Source: an uncultured delta proteobacterium (GTDB lineage: Bacteria > Desulfobacterota > Binatia > UBA9968). Taken from it: 64,000 nucleotides of DNA. The DNA is taken from contig CAVUVW010000008.1 in NCBI GenBank assembly GCA_963745035.1, forward strand, positions 25,227-89,226. The letters are read 5' to 3'. Both the position numbers and the translations under genes were made by a program. Within the stretch, counting starts at the first letter, position 1; every line of letters starts with the position of its first letter. The notes under the pieces are model-generated. The model was not told the DNA's origin. It saw nothing but the letters and a program-made list of their open reading frames with translations, and did not search any database. This document shows positions 9,984-20,207 of this stretch, piece after piece.

Positions 9984-10792
9984 CTATTCCGTCCTATCCG
10001 TCTTATTTAGCTTCCCCCACTCCCGCAGGATCACGTTGGCGATATTCCGGCCGCGCGCCGCGACAAGCTGCTCGCCTGTCTCTGCCGTCGCCAGCTTGCG
10101 GCCAGCCGAAGTAACCGCGGCCGCCGCTGATCGTGCCGTAGTCCTTGGTTTCATTGCGGAAGGCTTCCACGTCATAGTCGAAGTTAGCGTCCAGAGTCTT
10201 CAGAACTTCACGATTGACCAACTCCGGAAAGCTGTAGCAGCGCCACCGACGTCTCCGACTCGCCGCCATGGCCTTCGAGATCCGGTTTCGGGCTTCGGTA
10301 ATATTGTTTGACCCCTTCCCTGTAGCAAGCAGCGGTTATCTGCGGATCGCTGGTAAATCCCACGCACAGTACTTGCGCCGATTTTTCGCCGACCAAAATC
10401 GACTTTGCATCATCCAAAGCTTTCATATGATGCATGTCCCGATGGCCGTTCAGGATCACCAGACGATCGAGCCCATGCCGCGCCAGCGAACGGCCGATCT
10501 CGACAACCATCGAGCGCAGAGTCTCCGGCTCCAGGGACAACGTGCCGGGAAAATCGATCGCGGCGCGTGCCACACCGTAATTGATCGTCGGCGCGACAAC
10601 GACTTCGTATCCAGCTTCTTCAAGATGCGGCGCGGCAGCCGCGGCGTAGGTCTCTGCGGCAAAGGAATCCAAGCCCAGCGGCAGATGAGCGCCGTGCTCT
10701 TCGACCACGCCAACAGGCAAGATCGTCAGAGCCGTCCCCGACTTTGCCAGCCGAGCGACCTTAGTGAAAGGAATCTTTCCGAGCTCCAACAT
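9984..10792 (-). CDS. Creatininase family amidohydrolase (two frameshifts, ~10235 and ~10100)
   Basis: LPVGVVEEHGAHLPLGLD, FPGTLSL, LNGH, HGGESETS motifs; C-terminus continues in ORFs 10003..10269 and 9984..10175. Confidence 0.8.
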
Positions 10793-10804
10793 AACGGCAC
10801 TCCC

Positions 10805-10882
10805 TGGAGTGATGGAGTATTGGAGTGGTGGAGTACTGGTCAGAAACCCAACACTCCATTATTCCATCACTCCACTACTCCA
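10805..10882. repeat. Inverted periodic TGGAGT/ACTCCA repeat
   Basis: TGGAGTGATGGAGTATTGGAGTGGTGGAGTA...CACTCCATTATTCCATCACTCCACTACTCCA. Confidence 0.85.
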
Positions 10883-10889
10883 TTCTCGC

Positions 10890-11897
10890 TTACCTGAACA
10901 TCTCCCTGAACTTCTTGCTCCAGCTCTCCAACTCTTCTTTGGCCGGCAACCTCATCACCATGATCTGATCGTCTTTGACGTCTTTTTTGAATTTGTGATC
11001 GGCCTCGGGATGAAACACATACTCGCCGACGTTACCGAAGATGCGCTGCGCCTCCGGCCCGACAAAGAAGTCCGTGAACAAACGCGCGGCATTGGGATGC
11101 GGCGCCTGGCGATTGATCGCGACGAAGCTCAGCGACGCCAGATACTTGTTCATGCGGACGTATTCGATCGGGCCCGGATATTGAAATTTGTCTTTGATAT
11201 AACCAAGAGCAACCTTCACTTCCCCGCCGGTCAACGGTTGGATCGTATCGGCTAGACTTCTGCCGACTCGCGGGTCGTTTTTCGCCCAGCCTTCGACGAC
11301 GCTCAGCCACTTCGGCCCCAGGAGCTTGTCGAGGTTCAAAACGAATTGCAGCGTGGTGACGTGAATGCCCGGATTGGCCATGCCGAACTGTCCTTTCCAC
11401 TTGGGCAGCAACAGCTCTTCCCATGCCTGGGGCGCTTCGTCGGCTTTTACCAGTTGATGATTGTAGTTGATGCCGTAGGGCAGCACCCGCCAGGGCGTCA
11501 TTTTCTTGTCCGCATCCAGGAACTGTTTGGGATAACCCTTGGCCGCCGGCGGCTCGAATACGGCGAAGAGATTTTTCTCGTCCAACGTCGCCATCACAAC
11601 CTCATTGCCGAGCGTCACGTCGAATCCCGGTTTGCCCGCGCGCGCTTCAGCGAGGGAGCGATTGATCAACTCGGTAGCATCGCCGCGCCAGTGACGCAGC
11701 TTGATACCGTACTTCTTTTCGAATGCATCGCCGATCGCCTTCGAGGAATTGACGGTGATAGCGCCGTAGAACATCACCTCGCCCTCTTTTTTTGCCGCCT
11801 CGATCACCTCCGGCGTGATCTGCGCCGGCAAAAAAGCCGGCGCCGCGAATATCAAAACCGATACTATTGTCACTGTTGCAAAAACTCTTTCGAACAT
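10890..11897 (-). CDS. Extracellular solute-binding protein (Fe3+/thiamine/SBP_bac_6-like)
   Basis: Signal peptide, EAAKKEGEVMFY, LLLPKWKG, APHPNAARLFTDF. Confidence 0.85.
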   Translation of the reverse strand: MFERVFATVTIVSVLIFAAPAFLPAQITPEVIEAAKKEGEVMFYGAITVNSSKAIGDAFEKKYGIKLRHWRGDATELINRSLAEARAGKPGFDVTLGNEVVMATLDEKNLFAVFEPPAAKGYPKQFLDADKKMTPWRVLPYGINYNHQLVKADEAPQAWEELLLPKWKGQFGMANPGIHVTTLQFVLNLDKLLGPKWLSVVEGWAKNDPRVGRSLADTIQPLTGGEVKVALGYIKDKFQYPGPIEYVRMNKYLASLSFVAINRQAPHPNAARLFTDFFVGPEAQRIFGNVGEYVFHPEADHKFKKDVKDDQIMVMRLPAKEELESWSKKFREMFR

Positions 11898-12002
11898 TTC
11901 TCCTCCTCCAGATTGTTCACGTTTTGTATCGCCGATGGAACCCGGCGTCAACGCGAGGTCGTCTTAACGCTCCTTGACTCCTATGGCGAACTAAGACAAC
12001 TC

Positions 12003-13584
12003 ATGAATGACAACGCGCACAATGAAGTGAGCACCGTGACCACGCTTCGTGAAACATCCACACCGGAGAGAACGAAACGCAATCTTGCCGTCACCGGCGT
12101 TATGCTGGTGATTTTTCTCTTCGCCATCGATGCCACCATCGTCAGCACCGCGATGCCCACGATCGTCGCCAAGCTCGGCGGCCTCGAGCTCTACAGCTGG
12201 GTGTTTTCCATCTACATGCTCACTTCCGCGCTGACGACACCGCTGTTCGGCAAATTATCGGACCTCTACAGCCGCAGGCGGCTCATGCTTATCGGGATTG
12301 GCATATTCGTCGTGGGCTCGACGTTGTGCGGGGCGGCTCACAGCATGGAGGCGCTGATCGTATTCCGCGCTCTCCAGGGTCTCGGCGGCGGCGCCATCTA
12401 CGCGCTCTCGTTTATCGTCGTCGGCGTTTTGTTTTCGGCCGAGGAGCGCGCGCGGATACAGGGAATTATCAGCGGCATCTGGGGCGTCGCCTCGGTGCTC
12501 GGACCGCTCGCGGGCGGCATTATTGTCGAGCATTGGAATTGGCGTTGGGCGTTTTTCGTCAATCTGCCGATCACCGCCGTGGCGATTGCGCTGATCGTCG
12601 CCGGTCTCAAAGAGACTCGCCAAGAACGGCGCGCGCACAAGCTGGATATCGCCGGCATGCTGACGCTTTTTGCCGCGCTGCTGCTGTTGTTTTATGCCCT
12701 TTCCCATAGCGCTGATTCCAATCGGACCGATTGACGGAACTCTGGTGGTCTTGCTTGTGGCGGCGTTGGTGTTCTTGCTCATTTTCTTTTTCATCGAGCG
12801 CCGCGCAGCGGAGCCGGTCATTCCGATGGATCTTTTTCACACCGGCGCCTTCAAGGCTTCGGCCGGCGTCGCCACTCTCGCCGCCATGGGCGTGTTCGGC
12901 GCGATCAGCTACCTGCCGCTTTATCTTCAAGGAGTGACCGGGCTCACCGCGTCGCGCGCAGGCATGGTGCTCTTGTTCCTGAGCATGGCATGGACCGCCG
13001 GCAGCCTGATTGCCGGACAGGCGATGAACCGCACCGGCTATCGCGCCGTGGCCTCAACGGGCATGTTCTTCATGGCGCTCGGCTACGCTTTTTTCGTTTT
13101 CTTCGAGTCCGATTTGACGGTGTTCTGGGTCATCGTAAGCTCAACATTGATCGGCACAGGCATGGGAATGGCCAATCTGACCACCCTGGTGGCGGTGCAA
13201 AATACCGTATCCCGCCAACGCATCGGCGTAGCCACTTCCACGGTCATGCTATTTAGAACCTTCGGCGGCGCATTCGCCGTTAGCTTGCTCGGCACCGTGC
13301 TGTTGCATCGAATGCAGCGCGGCTTGCACGAACTATCGGCCGGCGCTCTTTCGCGCGACTTACTCGACAAATTGGCTCATCCGCAAAATCTCCTGGAGCC
13401 GGCCACGCGCGAGCAAATTCCGGCGGAGCTGCTGCCGAAACTTATCGCAATCCTCGGCGATGCCATCTGGTATGCGTTTCTGGTCGGGTTCCTCCTGATG
13501 GCGTTCGGTGTCGTCGTCGGCTATTTCATGCCGACCTCGACTCCCGCCAAGTCAACGAAGCCACACGGGAGTCCTGAGTCATGA
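12003..13584 (+). CDS. MFS drug:H+ antiporter (DHA2/EmrB-like; frameshift ~12725)
   Basis: AIDATIVSTAMPTI, GKLSDLYSRR, FRALQGLGGG, WAFFVNLPI; continues in ORF 12670..13584. Confidence 0.85.
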
Positions 13585-13640
13585 GTGCTGAGTCCTGAGT
13601 CTGATACGCAGCGCTCAGGATTCTCACTCAGCAATACTCG
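13569..13640. repeat. 7-nt periodic (C)TGAGT repeat with inverted CTCA arm
   Basis: GAGT at 13569/13576/13583/13590/13597, then CTCAG..CTCACTCAG; overlaps the MFS stop codon. Confidence 0.75.
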
Positions 13641-13719
13641 TGCGTTTGACAGCAGAGGCTCTCAGCCGATACACCCTATCCACAGCCATCACATCAACAC
13701 TTGAGGCCATAAGAGCGCC

Positions 13720-14988
13720 ATGAATGATCAAAGCACCTCTGTCGCGCCGGCATCCATTGCAACCTCCGAGACACCCACTCTCGAAGCCAGCTTGCACCAA
13801 AAACGCATGGCGCTCGGTCTCATCAGCAGTTGTCACGTCTTGAATCATCTGCAATACAGCATTACCGCGGTGATCTTCCCGGTGATGATGACCGACCTCG
13901 GCTTCGGACTCGTCGGGTTGGGCTTTATTTCGGCGCTTTCCAGTTTTGTCGGCCAAGGACTCCAAGTCATCTACGGATTCCTCTCCAACTTTTTCAGGCG
14001 CACGACCATGCTTGCGGCGGGCAACGTCGTGGTCGGCGTGACGGCGATGGCGCAGTATTTTGTCGGCAGTTTCTCGCAATTGGTCGCCGCGCGCGTCGCG
14101 ATCGATGCCGGCTCCAGTCCCCAGCACCCGCTCGGCTCCAGCATTCTGTCGCGCTACTATCCGCACGCGCGCGGCTGGGCGCTGACGTTTCATCACTCGG
14201 CCGGCAATCTCGGATCGTTCATCGGGCCGGCGGCGGCGTCCCTGGCGCTGCTCTACATGGATTGGCGCCTGGCGTTCGTTCTCTTTGGCGCGTTCAGCTT
14301 GATCATGGGACTGGCGCTTTTTTGGGTGCGCGATCACGGCGAGGCGGCGGAATCAGGCGGCACCAAGAAAAAAGCCCAGGCGGGATTCGATGCCTACGTT
14401 CAGTGCCTGAAGAATCGCAACATTGTTTTCACGTCGTTGGTGCTCATGGTGGGCGCGGCGGGCCGCGGCACGGGCATCAACATCGTCTACCTCGTGCCGT
14501 TTTTCATGGCTCAGTATGGCGTGAGCGCAGCCGGCGGCGGCATGCTCTTGACGCTCTTGCAGGGAGCCGGATTGATCGGTCCGCTCGCCATCGCCTGGTT
14601 TTCCGATCGCATCGGCAAACGCCGCGGCGTCACACAAATAACGCTGGCTCTGTCCGCCATCACGACCATCATGTTCGCGCACCATTCGTCGATGACGGTT
14701 CTCTTTTACGCGAACCTGCTGCTGTACGGCGCGGTCGTGCAAGCGCGCGGCGCGCTCACGCAGACCATGATCGGCGACTTCGCCACCCCGGAGCTGACAG
14801 ACGCGGCCTTCTCTATCTATTATTTCATCGGGTTTATCTCGGGTCCAATCTGGACGATGATCGTCGGCTACGTCATGCAGCATTACGGCTTCACCCCCGC
14901 CTTCTACGTCGCCGCCGCGACCTATATCGCCGGCATGGTGCTCCTGACCTTCGTCAAGGAAGAGGCGAAACCCGACAAGGCCGCGTGA
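13720..14988 (+). CDS. MFS transporter
   Basis: 422 aa, ~12 TM segments, QHPLGSSILS, AWFSDRIGKR. Confidence 0.85.
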   Translation: MNDQSTSVAPASIATSETPTLEASLHQKRMALGLISSCHVLNHLQYSITAVIFPVMMTDLGFGLVGLGFISALSSFVGQGLQVIYGFLSNFFRRTTMLAAGNVVVGVTAMAQYFVGSFSQLVAARVAIDAGSSPQHPLGSSILSRYYPHARGWALTFHHSAGNLGSFIGPAAASLALLYMDWRLAFVLFGAFSLIMGLALFWVRDHGEAAESGGTKKKAQAGFDAYVQCLKNRNIVFTSLVLMVGAAGRGTGINIVYLVPFFMAQYGVSAAGGGMLLTLLQGAGLIGPLAIAWFSDRIGKRRGVTQITLALSAITTIMFAHHSSMTVLFYANLLLYGAVVQARGALTQTMIGDFATPELTDAAFSIYYFIGFISGPIWTMIVGYVMQHYGFTPAFYVAAATYIAGMVLLTFVKEEAKPDKAA

Positions 14989-15123
14989 TCCTCGGGCGTG
15001 GTTCACCAGCAATCGTACAAGCCTATATCTTGATATCCCTCCCGGTTCGGGAGTATCCTCTGAACATGCTCTAGCCACGAAGCTCGGATGGATTTCAGTC
15101 GTCATGAGGGAAAGGAGGCAGCT

Positions 15124-15588
15124 ATGACGCGAATTCCTCTCAAGGTGAACGGCAAGACGCAAGTCGTCGACGTGGAGCCCGATATGCCGCTGCTCTACGC
15201 CCTGCGCAACGATCTCCAGCTCAATGGACCCAAGTACGGCTGCGGCATGGCACAGTGCGGGGCCTGCACCGTGATCATGGATGGCGCCGCCATCCGTTCC
15301 TGCGTCACACCCGTGACCGCCGCGCAGAATAAAGCGGTAACCACCCTCGAAGGTCTCGGCTCGACCAAGAAGATGCACACGATCCAGCAGGCCTTCGTCG
15401 ACGAGCAAGCCGTGCAGTGCGGCTACTGCATCAACGGCATGATCATGGCGAGCAAAGCCCTGCTCGACAAGAATCCCAAACCCACCGACGCTCAGATCAA
15501 AGAAGCGTTGGCCGGCAATCTCTGCCGCTGCGGCACGCACGTGCGCATCCTGCGCGCGGTCAAGCGCGCCTCGGGACAAGTGGCTTAG
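15124..15588 (+). CDS. (2Fe-2S) small subunit of Mo-hydroxylase (IorA/CoxS-like)
   Basis: GCGMAQCGACTV, QCGYC, NLCRCGT; RBS GGAGG. Confidence 0.92.
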   Translation: MTRIPLKVNGKTQVVDVEPDMPLLYALRNDLQLNGPKYGCGMAQCGACTVIMDGAAIRSCVTPVTAAQNKAVTTLEGLGSTKKMHTIQQAFVDEQAVQCGYCINGMIMASKALLDKNPKPTDAQIKEALAGNLCRCGTHVRILRAVKRASGQVA

Positions 15589-15598
15589 GAAAGGAGGC

Positions 15599-17885
15599 AT
15601 GGCGATGAAATCGACGGCTATCACTCGCAGGCAATTCATTAAGGGCACCGGCGCGCTGATCGTCAGCTTCAACATCCTGCCTCCCGCCGGCAAAGTCTTT
15701 GCGCAGTTCGCCAAGCTCCCTTCCGGCGACATCGATCCGACCTCACTTGACTCGTGGCTGGCCATCACGCCTGATGGTTTGGTGACTTTCTACACGAGCA
15801 AAGTCGAGCTGGGCACGGGCACAATTACCGCACTGGCGCAGATCGTCGCCGAAGAACTCGACGTGCCGGTCGCGAAAATCAAGATGGTTCAGGGCGACAC
15901 CTCGACATCGATCGAGCAAGGCTCCACGGTCGGCAGCCGAACCATCGAGCGCGCCGGCCCGCAGGTCAGACAAGCGGCCGCCGCGGCGCGCCAGGAGCTG
16001 CTGAAGCTTGCCGCCTCGCGCCTGAACGCGCCGGCAGAGAAATTGACGGTTGTCGATGGCGTGGTGAGCGTCGCCGGCGATGCGGCGAAGAAAGTTTCTT
16101 ACGGCGAGCTGATCGGCGGCAAGAAATTCAATACCAAAATCACCGCCACCGGCACCGGCTGGGACATGAAAGTCGCGCCGGAAGTCAAGGCGAAGGATCC
16201 CAAGCACTACAAAGTCGTCGGCCAATCGGTGCAGCGCATCGAGCTGCCCGCCAAAGTGACCGGCGAGCATGATTACATTCATGACGTGCGGATTCCGGGT
16301 ATGCTGCACGGCCGAGTCGTGAGACCGCCGGTGATCAATACCGAGCCCCTGAGCATCGATCACGATTCGATCAAGGGCATTCCCGGCGTCGTGATGATCG
16401 TGCGCGAAGGAAAGTTCGTCGGCGTTGTCGCCAAGACCGAATGGGCGGCGATCAAAGCGGCGCAGGCTCTCAAGGTGACTTGGTCGCAAGCCGACGAGCA
16501 AAGTGCCCGCAAATCCCGATGAGGTTTTTGCCTATCTGAAAAACACCAAGCCTGCGCGCACCCAGACTCCCGTAAACAAGGGCAACGCCGCCGAGGCCTT
16601 GAGTCAAGCGAAAAAGACTTATCAGGCGAGCTTATCGCTGGCCGTTTCAAATGCACGGCATGATCGGGCCGTCCTGCGCCATCGCGGACGTCGAAAGGTG
16701 ATCAGGCGACAATCTGGTCAGGGCCGCAAGGTCCTTTCGGAACGCGGAGCACCGTCGCCGGCGCTGCTGCAAATTCCGGAGCAAAACGTGCGCATCATCT
16801 ATCACGAAGCCTCCGGCTCATACGGTCGCATGAGCACGGATGACGGCGCCGAAGATGCTGCGCTGCTTTCCCGCGCGGTCGGCGCTCCGGTCCGCGTGCA
16901 ATGGTCGCGGCGACGATGAGCATGGCTGGGAACCGAAAGGCCCGGCGCAGCTCGACGAGGCGAAAGCTGCGGTGGACGGCGACGGCAAAATCACCGCCTG
17001 GGACTTTGTCGATTACGGACAACCGTGGACCGCTTCCAGCTCGACACTACTGCTCGCATCACGACAAATCGGGCTCACGCCAACCAATCCCGGCGGCAAC
17101 AACGGCACCCAGAGCAGCGGAGAAATCTACAGCGTTGCAAATCACCGGATCGTCTGCAATTTGATCAACTGGCATTTTCCGGAGCCAATCCCGCTGCGCA
17201 CCGGCAACCTGCGCGCGCCGGGGGATACTCGCACGCTGCTTCGCCAGCGAATCGTTGATCGACGAGATCGCCGCCGACCTAAAAGTCGATCCTGTGGAAT
17301 TCCGGCTTAAGAATCTGGCCGGCAACAAACGCGGCGATCGAATGCTTGCAGGCCGCTGCCGAAAAAGCCGGTTGGCAAAAACGACCTTCGCCCGCGCCTG
17401 TCGCCAGCGGCAACATAGCCAAAGGACGCGGCGTCGCGCTCACTCAACGCGCGAATACCTATGTGGCAGCGGTTGCGGAAGTTGAAGTCAACAAAACCAC
17501 CGGCCAAGTCGCTGTGAAGCGCATCGTCTGCTCGCACGACTGCGGTCTCATGATCAATCCTGACGGCGTCAAGAACCAGGTCGAAGGCAATGTCATTCAA
17601 GGCGTCAGCCGCGCGCTTTTCGAGGAAGTCACTTTCGATTCCAACGGCGCGTCACAAGCCTCGACTGGGCAAGTTATCCGATCCTGCGCTTTCCAGAATT
17701 ACCGGAACTCGAAATCGTGCTCATCAACCGTCCGGAAATTGCCGCCGCTCGGCGCGGGCGAGGGTGCGACCATTCCGCCTGCCGCAGCTATCGCCAACGC
17801 GATCTACGACGCTGTCGGCGTTCGCTTAAGGGAAGGACCGTTTACACCAAAACGAGTCCTGGCGGCGATGCAGAAAAAAGCGTGA
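15599..17885 (+). CDS. Xanthine dehydrogenase-family molybdopterin-binding subunit (IorB-like, Tat signal), several frameshifts
   Basis: TRRQFIK Tat motif, KVELGTG, MLHGRVVRPP, VRVQWSR, LRAPG, HDCGLMINPDG, GAGE, ANAIYDAVGVRLR spread over successive frames. Confidence 0.85.
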
Positions 17886-17891
17886 CCTCGC

Positions 17892-17927
17892 GGGACCGGC
17901 AACTTTGCAGGCGAAGTTGCCGGTCCC
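17892..17927 (+). terminator. Stem-loop after Mo-hydroxylase operon
   Basis: GGGACCGGCAACTT-loop-AAGTTGCCGGTCCC. Confidence 0.6.
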
Positions 17928-18075
17928 CTTCATTCGCATTTCTTTGCGCTCTGAATGACACGTTTCAGTTCGGCGACTACCCGCCGCATTTTACCATCTT
18001 CCATTCTTACCCTTGCACCTTGATCCCCTTCGGTAATCTCGCCAGTATATTTACAGGCTTCAAAGGAGGCGATGA

Positions 18076-18468
18076 ATGCTTCAGGGCGGATGCTATTGCG
18101 GCGGGATTCGTTATGAGACTGACGGCACGCCGTTTCATGAGACCAACTGCCACTGCTCGATATGCCGCCGCACCACCGGCGCTCCATTCGTGGCGTGGTT
18201 CAGCGTCGCCCGCTCTCAATTCCGCCTCGTCGCTGGTGAACCTGCTCGATTCAGGTCGACTGGCAAAGCAACGCGAACGTTTTGTCCCCGATGCGGCACA
18301 CAGTTGATCTTCGAGCACGATGATATTCCGGAAGAGATCGGCATCACGATCTCCAGCTTGGATGAGCCAGAACGAGTGGTCCCGAAAGACCATACTTACA
18401 CGAGCAGCAAGCTGAACTGGATCGAGTTGGCGGATTCGCTGCCTCAAAATTCCGAAAGTCGATCATAA
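18076..18468 (+). CDS. GFA family (Mss4-like Zn-binding) protein
   Basis: GGCYCG, CHCSICRR, FCPRCGT. Confidence 0.9.
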   Translation: MLQGGCYCGGIRYETDGTPFHETNCHCSICRRTTGAPFVAWFSVARSQFRLVAGEPARFRSTGKATRTFCPRCGTQLIFEHDDIPEEIGITISSLDEPERVVPKDHTYTSSKLNWIELADSLPQNSESRS

Positions 18469-18521
18469 CTATCCGACGCCGAGTATGAATGTCACGTTAG
18501 GGAAGGCCAGGAGACCGCCTT

Positions 18522-18911
18522 ATGAATGAAGACGAGAAAAAGATTCGTGAAGTCATAGCGACGTGGATGCGCGCCACGGCAGAGGGCGATATGGATCGGG
18601 TTCTCAGCCTGATGGCGGAAGATGTCGTTTTTCTTATTGCTGGCCAGCCACCCATGCGCGGCCGCGAAGCCTTTGCCGCGGCGTCACGCGCGGCAGAAGG
18701 AAAATTCCACTTCGAGGGTAAACCCGACATCCAGGAAATAAACGTCGAAGGCAAGTACGCCTACTGCTGGAATCATTTCACTGTGACGATCACGCCGTTG
18801 GAGGGTGGAGCGCCCAGTCAACGCGCGGGACACATCCTATCGATCTTTCGCAAAGAGCCGGACGGCCGCTGGGTTTTGTTTCGCGACGCCAATATGCTCA
18901 CGGCAGTGTGA
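18522..18911 (+). CDS. SgcJ/EcaC / NTF2-like (DUF4440) protein
   Basis: W..AT.EGD..VLSLMAEDVVF, GRWVLFRDAN. Confidence 0.8.
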   Translation: MNEDEKKIREVIATWMRATAEGDMDRVLSLMAEDVVFLIAGQPPMRGREAFAAASRAAEGKFHFEGKPDIQEINVEGKYAYCWNHFTVTITPLEGGAPSQRAGHILSIFRKEPDGRWVLFRDANMLTAV

Positions 18912-18930
18912 ACCCATCGCACGCGATCCA

Positions 18931-19923
18931 TCACTCCATATAACCCTTTTCGCGATAGTACTTCTCCGCTCCCGGATGCAGCGGAAAATCTAGCGGTCCG
19001 GCCTCGGTATTCGTGCAGAGCTGTTTCATCAACGGTGTCTCTGCCGCGTCGTAGGGAATTTCTTCGCGAATTTTATCGAGCACGCCGGCGATGTGATAAG
19101 CTAGCTCGTCGGGAAAATTCTTATGCACCACGATGGGCCAGCCGCTGAAGTCGACTACCGTGGTTGGTTCGTTGATGCCGTCGATCCTGCCGTGATCCAG
19201 GCGCGCGCGATGGAAACCGTACTTCTCCAGCTGTTGCAGCACCGGCTCCGAGTACGACAGAAACTTCATGCCATGCTCCACCGCGACATCGCCCCAGGAG
19301 TCCATTCCCTCATCGATGACCATATCGAGCTTGCCGGAGATGATTCCCTCGCGCCGCTGCGGATTGCTCGGCCGCACGACTTCGTCGACCTTACCGCCCC
19401 ACTTGACGAAATGCTTTTGCGAGATGCCGTGCGCTTTCAGCAGAAACTTGATGGCGAAATCGACGCAGTCGTTGACCGCGATCGACACCCTCATCTTTGG
19501 CTTCTTGGCGATCAACTCCTCCATGCTATTCACGCCCAGCCGCGGCGACACTGCGATCACCAAACGGTCCCACGACGGAAACACCGCGAGCGCCCGCAGC
19601 GGACTCTTTTTCTGAAACGGACCTACCCCGCGCACGGCCATTGACGGGATAATCGACGGATTGAGCCAGACCAGATCGAGCTTGCCGCTCGCCACGAGCT
19701 TGGCGCCGTTCAGTCCGCTGCACCACGCCGGGCTGACGCCGATGGTGAACGGATACGGCGGCCCTTTTCGTCCTTTACCTCCCGGCAGCTCCACCATCAG
19801 CCGAATCGCGCTGGTGAGCATCGTCGGCACGTCTTCGTAAAGTCCGGCGAGAATCTTCGTCGCGATCCGCGCGCGCATCAAGCTCGCGCTCATCGGTTTC
19901 ACACTGCTGTCGTCGTAAGCCAC
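18931..19923 (-). CDS. TAXI family solute-binding-fold protein
   Basis: LRALAVFP, DFSGWP, DELAY, PLHPGAEKYYREKG C-terminal TAXI motif; no obvious signal peptide. Confidence 0.8.
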   Translation of the reverse strand: MAYDDSSVKPMSASLMRARIATKILAGLYEDVPTMLTSAIRLMVELPGGKGRKGPPYPFTIGVSPAWCSGLNGAKLVASGKLDLVWLNPSIIPSMAVRGVGPFQKKSPLRALAVFPSWDRLVIAVSPRLGVNSMEELIAKKPKMRVSIAVNDCVDFAIKFLLKAHGISQKHFVKWGGKVDEVVRPSNPQRREGIISGKLDMVIDEGMDSWGDVAVEHGMKFLSYSEPVLQQLEKYGFHRARLDHGRIDGINEPTTVVDFSGWPIVVHKNFPDELAYHIAGVLDKIREEIPYDAAETPLMKQLCTNTEAGPLDFPLHPGAEKYYREKGYME

Positions 19924-20124
19924 AACACCTCTCCTTCACTGAAATTAATGATCACGAACTATTCTGAATCTTCTGAGCTGTCAACCAACAACACATTTTG
20001 GATTTTCTTTGATTTTGGATGGCGGGCAACGATTTCCTTTCCTATGTACTGTGGAAAGGCTATAACCAGGAAACTGTTTTGCGGCTATCGCCGCAGAGCC
20101 GTAACCAACGTCACAAAAGCGCGC

Positions 20125-20207
20125 TTCACCACGAAGCACACGAAGAGCACGAAGTTCGGTTATTTCTTATCCAAACCCTTCGTGCCCTTCGTGCCCTTCG
20201 TAGTGAA
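20125..20207. repeat. Inverted periodic CACGAAG/CTTCGTG repeat (9-nt period)
   Basis: TTCACCACGAAGCACACGAAGAGCACGAAG...CTTCGTGCCCTTCGTGCCCTTCGTAGTGAA. Confidence 0.85.

Noticed and set aside
14353-15768. Long antisense or alternate-frame ORFs (e.g. 14353..15768 -, 13830..15074 +, 40416..41474 +, 35448..36422 -)
   Set aside because: Shadow ORFs of high-GC genes that overlap well-supported CDS and have no motifs of their own.
15599-17885. Programmed frameshifting or a truly split Mo-subunit
   Set aside because: Too many shifts, no consistent slippery sites, and the same error pattern occurs across the window.
18462-18502. attC-like CATAAC...GTTAGG between the GFA and SgcJ-like genes
   Set aside because: Only ~40 nt, no internal L-box symmetry and no integron integrase in the window.
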